Below are positions 58,786 through 64,000 of a stretch of DNA of 64,000 nucleotides, piece after piece. Under the pieces are notes generated by a model. The model saw only the letters and a list, made by a program, of their open reading frames with translations. It searched no databases and had not been told where the DNA came from. Positions within the stretch are counted from its first letter, which is position 1. Every line of letters begins with the position of its first letter. A program made the translations under genes and the position numbers. The DNA comes from Candidatus Micrarchaeia archaeon (lineage in GTDB: Archaea; Micrarchaeota; Micrarchaeia; CAILAH01): positions 1 to 64,000 of the forward strand of contig JAVZCB010000006.1 of the NCBI GenBank assembly GCA_038874595.1, written 5' to 3'.

Positions 58786-59751
58786 CTACATTACAATCGC
58801 CCTGTTCATTGGGAATGTTGTTCCGTGCTTTATGTCCGTTGACCCTACTACATATTGAATTACTCTGCTTAGCCCTATCCCGCAACCCGCATGCGGTACG
58901 TTCCCGTATACTTTAAGATGTTCTAAATACCAATCAAATGCCTTTATGCTACCGCCCTTGCTTTCAAGCCTCTTTAACATGGGCGATTCTCTTAATCTTC
59001 TGTATACGTTTTCATATGTGTACTCTCTTTCAGCAGCACCTACGCATTCACCACCAAGAGGTACTATTAAATCTGCACTGTTCACCAACTCTGGCCGGGC
59101 AGCATTCTCACGCATATTGAAGAATTTTATTGCTTTTGGGAAATGTGTTATGAAAGTTGGCAAATTATCGTATTGCTTAACAATGTATTGCTCATGCGCT
59201 GATTTTAAATCATCTCCCCATTTTAATCCAAATGGTTTTTCTAGCATGGTAATTGCATCGTCATAAGATATTCTCTGAAAATTGTCTATCGCCCTCTCTA
59301 ATTCGTTTGGATTGCCCCCAACCTTGATTATACTCTCTCTTGCACTATATAATACATTACTAAACATACTGCTAACGGTTGCTTCAATCTCCCTTAATAG
59401 CCCTTCAAAATCCGTCTCAAGCTCAATCTCAACAAGTGTAAATTCGGTCAGGTGCCTTTCATCAACCTCCGGTTCTGCCCTGAAACTTGGGCCTATTGTA
59501 TATGTCTTTTTTAATTGAGGAATAAGCGATTCAAGATACAGCTGCCCTGTCTGGCTGAGGTATGTTTTCTCTCCAAAGTAATCAACTTCAAAAAGGGTAT
59601 CTATGTTCTCACATGCCCCTGTTGCTCTAGTTATGTGAGGCACACTTACCTCATGATATCCTTTACGTGCGAAATACTGCCTCGCCCCATGCAGCATTGC
59701 AGACTCAATTCTTGCAATGTGTTCCGTTTTCCCATTCATTTTCCAGGACAT
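58786..59751 (-). CDS. AsnRS-like protein lacking the anticodon-binding domain (archaeal asparagine synthetase A type)
   Basis: YLSQTGQLYLE, GPSFRAE, RHLTEF, ERE and PHAG.GIG..R in only 321 aa. Confidence 0.85.
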   Translation of the reverse strand: MSWKMNGKTEHIARIESAMLHGARQYFARKGYHEVSVPHITRATGACENIDTLFEVDYFGEKTYLSQTGQLYLESLIPQLKKTYTIGPSFRAEPEVDERHLTEFTLVEIELETDFEGLLREIEATVSSMFSNVLYSARESIIKVGGNPNELERAIDNFQRISYDDAITMLEKPFGLKWGDDLKSAHEQYIVKQYDNLPTFITHFPKAIKFFNMRENAARPELVNSADLIVPLGGECVGAAEREYTYENVYRRLRESPMLKRLESKGGSIKAFDWYLEHLKVYGNVPHAGCGIGLSRVIQYVVGSTDIKHGTTFPMNRAIVM

Positions 59752-59872
59752 TATACCACCTGTTGGGATATTCCTGGAATTGTTGATACCTTTTTATGGA
59801 AAAATTCCTTACTTAAATGAAGTTTTATACATATGAGTAAACTTTTAAATTGGATTAATTAGAATATCTTCC

Positions 59873-61138
59873 ATGACAGTGGTGCAAATTCAATCCACAT
59901 CGAGTTGTGATTTGCAGGTTAAAGCGCTTTTATCATCCCTAAGGAAGAAAAATATAACTAGTGAGCAGGAAAAAGTTGTTCACGAAATAGCTCAATCATT
60001 AACTAGAAGCATAACGGATAAAGATATGCTGAAAGATGCCCTATCAACATTAGAAGAAATAGCCTTGAGTTCCAAGTTCAAATTTGAACAACTAGGTTTG
60101 TTGAAGTTCATTGTTGATAAAACATCTAACTATTCATGGAGTGCCCTTTATGCCCTTAGCTTCATAATTGAAAGCCCGCATTTTAATGAGAAGGAGTGGA
60201 ATGTTTTGGAGCAGCTACTTAAAAAAGCACCAGGAAATGTAGAGGCAGTTTTATGGGAGATTGAGTCTTCGGTTCGTTCCCCTGCGGGAAGGTCCTGGAA
60301 ACTTATCACATTTGTTCTTGAGAAATCACAGAAAGAGAATAATCCTTTAAAACTCTTAAAATCTCTGAACGCCATTGCTGAGAATAAGGATTTTAACATA
60401 AAAAGCGTACTTGAGATGTATAGTACTGGGGAGAAACTTGCAAGAGAGTTAGGAGCGTCATTTAACGATCCTTTGGTTTGTGTTAGTTTTGCTTATTCAA
60501 TATCTGTGATAGGCGAGAAGAAGACACGCGAGTTGTACTCAAAAACAGGTATCGAATACTTTGCCAGATACTCAAAGGATATGCTGAAGGAGGTATATTC
60601 AAATTTAAGTAAGGAAACAAAAGCACCCGTCCTTGTTGTTGCATTTAACAAGTATGATATTAATGGCGTATTCTATAAAGAAGGCAGGAGGCTGGACAGT
60701 TTTCTCAAAAGTAATTATAAGATTTTGATTTTTGAGTGCGCTTCTGAGAATGAGTTTTATAATAAAGTAGAGAGTTTTGCAAAAAATGGCAAAATACATA
60801 CATTAATAATAGGAGGGCACGGGGAGCCACATAAGATTATGCTTGGTGGTAACACGGACAGTGCCAGGTTGGACCTGGGCGATGAGAAGGAATTGATTAA
60901 GATAAAAAAACATTTTATCAAAAATCCAAAAATAATCTTAGTGGCATGTTCTACAGGCAAGGATAATAATTCTATGGGCGCAGTTATATCCCGTGTTATG
61001 GATGCAACAGTGTTTGCACCCCCAAAGCCAGATCATACTACCGAATATGTTATAGGCAAGGATGGCTTAATAAAAAACGTTAAATATACGGGGCCAACAA
61101 AGAAATTCCTAGGAAATATACCTAGAAAGAACGAATAA
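59873..61138 (+). CDS. Helical-repeat protein with C-terminal caspase-like (clan CD, DUF4347/CHAT-like) domain
   Basis: LIIGGHG and ILVACSTG His-Cys dyad motifs. Confidence 0.6.
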   Translation: MTVVQIQSTSSCDLQVKALLSSLRKKNITSEQEKVVHEIAQSLTRSITDKDMLKDALSTLEEIALSSKFKFEQLGLLKFIVDKTSNYSWSALYALSFIIESPHFNEKEWNVLEQLLKKAPGNVEAVLWEIESSVRSPAGRSWKLITFVLEKSQKENNPLKLLKSLNAIAENKDFNIKSVLEMYSTGEKLARELGASFNDPLVCVSFAYSISVIGEKKTRELYSKTGIEYFARYSKDMLKEVYSNLSKETKAPVLVVAFNKYDINGVFYKEGRRLDSFLKSNYKILIFECASENEFYNKVESFAKNGKIHTLIIGGHGEPHKIMLGGNTDSARLDLGDEKELIKIKKHFIKNPKIILVACSTGKDNNSMGAVISRVMDATVFAPPKPDHTTEYVIGKDGLIKNVKYTGPTKKFLGNIPRKNE

Positions 61139-61198
61139 TAAAATTAATTTCATGGAAATAACACAACATAAACAGTAGTACGTATTATTAATGGCTAT

Positions 61199-62965
61199 CT
61201 ACATGATAGCAGTATCGGTTCTAATGTTCATAGTATCATAAAGTTCCTGCAACAATTGAAGCTCCTTTTTCATATTATGATTTTTTGGGTTGTGCTTAAT
61301 GAACAGGCCCCCAAACTCTTCGATTATGCCGTCCTCATCTTTACGGTCTCCTATCATTATTACCTCGTTTAACTTTGCATATTTAGATAACTTCATGAAA
61401 GGCAGTTTGGTCTTCTTATCACCACCAACACTTTCGCTATCAATAATCTCAAAAATCATATCTTTGAAAGGGGACTTTGCCAGCTCTGCACGTAGTTTCT
61501 CCGTATTTGCATTGCTCACAACGATGTTTTTCATGCCAAGTGATTGCGAGAACCTGAATAAATCAAGGGCATCCTTATACTCAAGGTAATCAATTGAAAT
61601 GCTATGCATCTCTTTTGCAGTTGAAACTATCTCTTTATTATCAACATTTATACTCATCAGGTTAAGCAATTCCTTCTCAAATTCGCCCCACCTATGCCTT
61701 CTTATATCCCCATTGTAGCTACCTCTCATTTCTTTAACACGCCTATATAGCTCAAGATACTGCTGTGCGGTAATATTTGTATTAAATTTCTTGTTAAGAT
61801 ATTCCGCAAGCACGGTGGCACATTTGTTATAGCTTTTCTCAAAATCAACAAGCGTATTGCCCCAATCAATGCAAAGGGCAGTATATGGCCAATTATCCTT
61901 TTTAAATTTAAGATGTGTGGTTTTTTCTGAGATTTCTTTTATCCTATCAAGTAATGTGTAATCTGGCCCAAACGCATCGTTCCCAACTATGTTTAGTTTA
62001 GGATTGAAATCCTTATCCAGCAGCATAAGGTTTGCAAATGCACCCTCCTCTATGCGGGCATCCTCAAATACCCCGTATCCGCTTGTAATGCAAGCTTCTA
62101 CTTCTTCTAAGATAATGCCCTTTGCTTTACATAATATGCCCAGCTGCTTGTACTGCGAAAACGTTCTTCCTGTGGCCAAGCCATCAGTCGAGATGTTTAC
62201 CCTTATCTTATTTTCCAGGAGTTCTTCAATAGGCGGCAGCCTATTTTTCAACCATAAGCTTGATACAGGGGATATGGCGACAATAGCATTTGCCTTTTTA
62301 ATGAGCATAATCTCCTTATCTGTAAGATAATTGCAGTTTGCTAAAATTGTTTTTTCGGTTAAGAGGCCCGCCTCATACAATCTTTCAATAGGTGTTATCC
62401 CATAACGTTTGTAAGAGCTCTCAATTTCAGGTATTGTCTCGTTTATGTGTATAGTTAAGATTTTACCTTTAAGTGAACTGAGCTGTGTAATAGTATCCTC
62501 ATCAATCCTATCAAGTGAATGTACCCAAACGGCCTGGTAAGATTTTGACCTTTCTATGAAATTATTGAGATAACCTGACAATTTAGGTGAGTTCATAAGA
62601 GGGTATCCGCTTATCAGTGATAGCCTATTATTAGTAGAATAATAGATGCTGCGGCCAACCAACGCTGCGCGGATACCAAACCCTTCAGCCAGCTTCCCCG
62701 TCAGTATCTCGGTTTCCTTTCGGTATAAATCTGCATTTTTTAGGAAGTATTCATCACCATATTTTAGATATTCCGAAAGAGAGAGTGATGGCAAGTTTAG
62801 AAAAATAGACTCGCCAAGGTGCATATGCAGGTTTACCGTTCTTGGTTTTATGATTAAGTCTTTATTGTGGTTGAAAGGGGTAATCCTGGCAATAACACCA
62901 TTTTCATCTATAGATATTTTCACTTTTTCCTCTTCAAGTATCCCCTCAATATCCAAGCTATTCAC
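61199..62965 (-). CDS. Amidohydrolase (deaminase-like) fused to a HAD hydrolase
   Basis: HMH, HINE, STDG and GAFANL (amidohydrolase); DWGNTL, VSN and IGD...D (HAD). Confidence 0.8.
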   Translation of the reverse strand: MNSLDIEGILEEEKVKISIDENGVIARITPFNHNKDLIIKPRTVNLHMHLGESIFLNLPSLSLSEYLKYGDEYFLKNADLYRKETEILTGKLAEGFGIRAALVGRSIYYSTNNRLSLISGYPLMNSPKLSGYLNNFIERSKSYQAVWVHSLDRIDEDTITQLSSLKGKILTIHINETIPEIESSYKRYGITPIERLYEAGLLTEKTILANCNYLTDKEIMLIKKANAIVAISPVSSLWLKNRLPPIEELLENKIRVNISTDGLATGRTFSQYKQLGILCKAKGIILEEVEACITSGYGVFEDARIEEGAFANLMLLDKDFNPKLNIVGNDAFGPDYTLLDRIKEISEKTTHLKFKKDNWPYTALCIDWGNTLVDFEKSYNKCATVLAEYLNKKFNTNITAQQYLELYRRVKEMRGSYNGDIRRHRWGEFEKELLNLMSINVDNKEIVSTAKEMHSISIDYLEYKDALDLFRFSQSLGMKNIVVSNANTEKLRAELAKSPFKDMIFEIIDSESVGGDKKTKLPFMKLSKYAKLNEVIMIGDRKDEDGIIEEFGGLFIKHNPKNHNMKKELQLLQELYDTMNIRTDTAIM

Positions 62966-64000
62966 CTTGGTTTCAGGATGATTGTTGGTAAGTAATCTTC
63001 GTGAACAAAGGTATTATTTTTGCTAACATCATATACAATGTTTATATCATCAAAATAATTCAAGGCAATATTATTTAAGCTAGGACAGTAAGGGTCCCGT
63101 TCCAGCAGTGTCCTTCCCCATAATATGCGCCTGTCTATGGTACCCCCCATGCATTGGCTGGCCAAAGAGCATTTTGTACAGCGAACGGGTACTGGATTTT
63201 TCTCTAGTATTTCAAACTTGAACGCCCGCAGTGATATGTTATCAGTAAATATATTGCTTGTCCTCCATGTGGCATCGATAAGATATGTTGAGGGGGTTAT
63301 CTCACCATTTTCAAGAATGCGCATTGAAGATTTGCCCACAAAATCCCCTTTATACTTGTTTTCTCTTAATATTGATGAAAATAGCACATCTGATATTGAT
63401 ACAACATAAGTATTCTGTAATAACCATTTCATAACTTTGTAAAATTGCAACGGCTCCACAACGTATTTTTTAAGCCCGGGGTAGGTTGGCCTTAGGATAT
63501 TTATACGTATATTAGAGTTGTATTCACTGGCAAGCTTTAATATCAGTTCCATGTTATTTTCGTTAAAATTGATATTCATAGCAACCGTAACAATTGTTCT
63601 GCTTATGTTGTTGGAGTTGCATAAGTCAAGCGTGTCAACAGCGAGCTTCCACGCACCTTTAAATCCCCTGAAGTTATCATGGAGTTTGCTCTCACCAAAA
63701 TCAATGCTAACATCTACATCGTTTAGCTTTTTTATTAGCTCAACGTGCTGCACAAATTTAGCTAAACTTCCATTTGTTGTTAACCCTTGCAAAATGCCAG
63801 TTTCAGTGGCACAGAACTCAAAAAGCTTCCACCAGGTTTTATCCAGGACATTCTCACCAGTACCATAATTTATAGACTCAATGTATTGCTTGTTGCTCCT
63901 TATGAACATCTTGGCAAATTTAAGCTTGTTATCTTTTTGAATGGAAGTTTCACATCTAACCTTCTTGCTGTAACAATGGCCACAGTGCATATTGCAACTG
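62962..64000 (-). CDS. Radical SAM/SPASM protein, 5' end beyond the window
   Basis: CNMHCGHC read at the window edge; TTNG and S.D....HD..RG motifs; C-terminal CxxCx5C...DPYC. Confidence 0.9.
   Translation of the reverse strand, partial: SCNMHCGHCYSKKVRCETSIQKDNKLKFAKMFIRSNKQYIESINYGTGENVLDKTWWKLFEFCATETGILQGLTTNGSLAKFVQHVELIKKLNDVDVSIDFGESKLHDNFRGFKGAWKLAVDTLDLCNSNNISRTIVTVAMNINFNENNMELILKLASEYNSNIRINILRPTYPGLKKYVVEPLQFYKVMKWLLQNTYVVSISDVLFSSILRENKYKGDFVGKSSMRILENGEITPSTYLIDATWRTSNIFTDNISLRAFKFEILEKNPVPVRCTKCSLASQCMGGTIDRRILWGRTLLERDPYCPSLNNIALNYFDDINIVYDVSKNNTFVHEDYLPTIILKPR

Overview
Gene-dense archaeal chromosome segment, most consistent with a DPANN lineage such as Ca. Micrarchaeota. 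That assignment is an inference from the archaeal information genes, intron-rich tRNAs, many class III pilins, ankyrin proteins and scrambled operons. Housekeeping content: five aminoacyl-tRNA synthetases (Val, His, Trp, Gly, Ile), a truncated AsnRS-like asparagine synthetase, EF-1alpha/uS10, uS15/eS1, dnaG, Nop5, the psmA-SBDS-Rrp4-Rrp41-Rrp42 operon, SAMP-NcsA, enolase, fni, AlaX, dcd and endonuclease V. There are five tRNA genes; four carry a total of five introns. The right end (about 52.5-64 kb) is a visibly AT-richer accessory region with surface proteins and a radical SAM/amidohydrolase-HAD pair. Best novelty candidates: (1) an unannotated ~250-nt multi-helix RNA with its own TATA box ahead of the DUF167-toprim-dnaG operon; (2) a shared C-terminal C-x-[AVI]-G + TM + basic sorting signal on four unrelated exported proteins; (3) an array of tRNA-Asn 3'-end repeats; (4) a family of related introns in different tRNAs; (5) a radical SAM + deaminase-HAD cluster; (6) a small protein ending like the ribosomal stalk C-terminus; (7) a poly-G-split surface protein. 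All calls come from reading the sequence; no searches were run.
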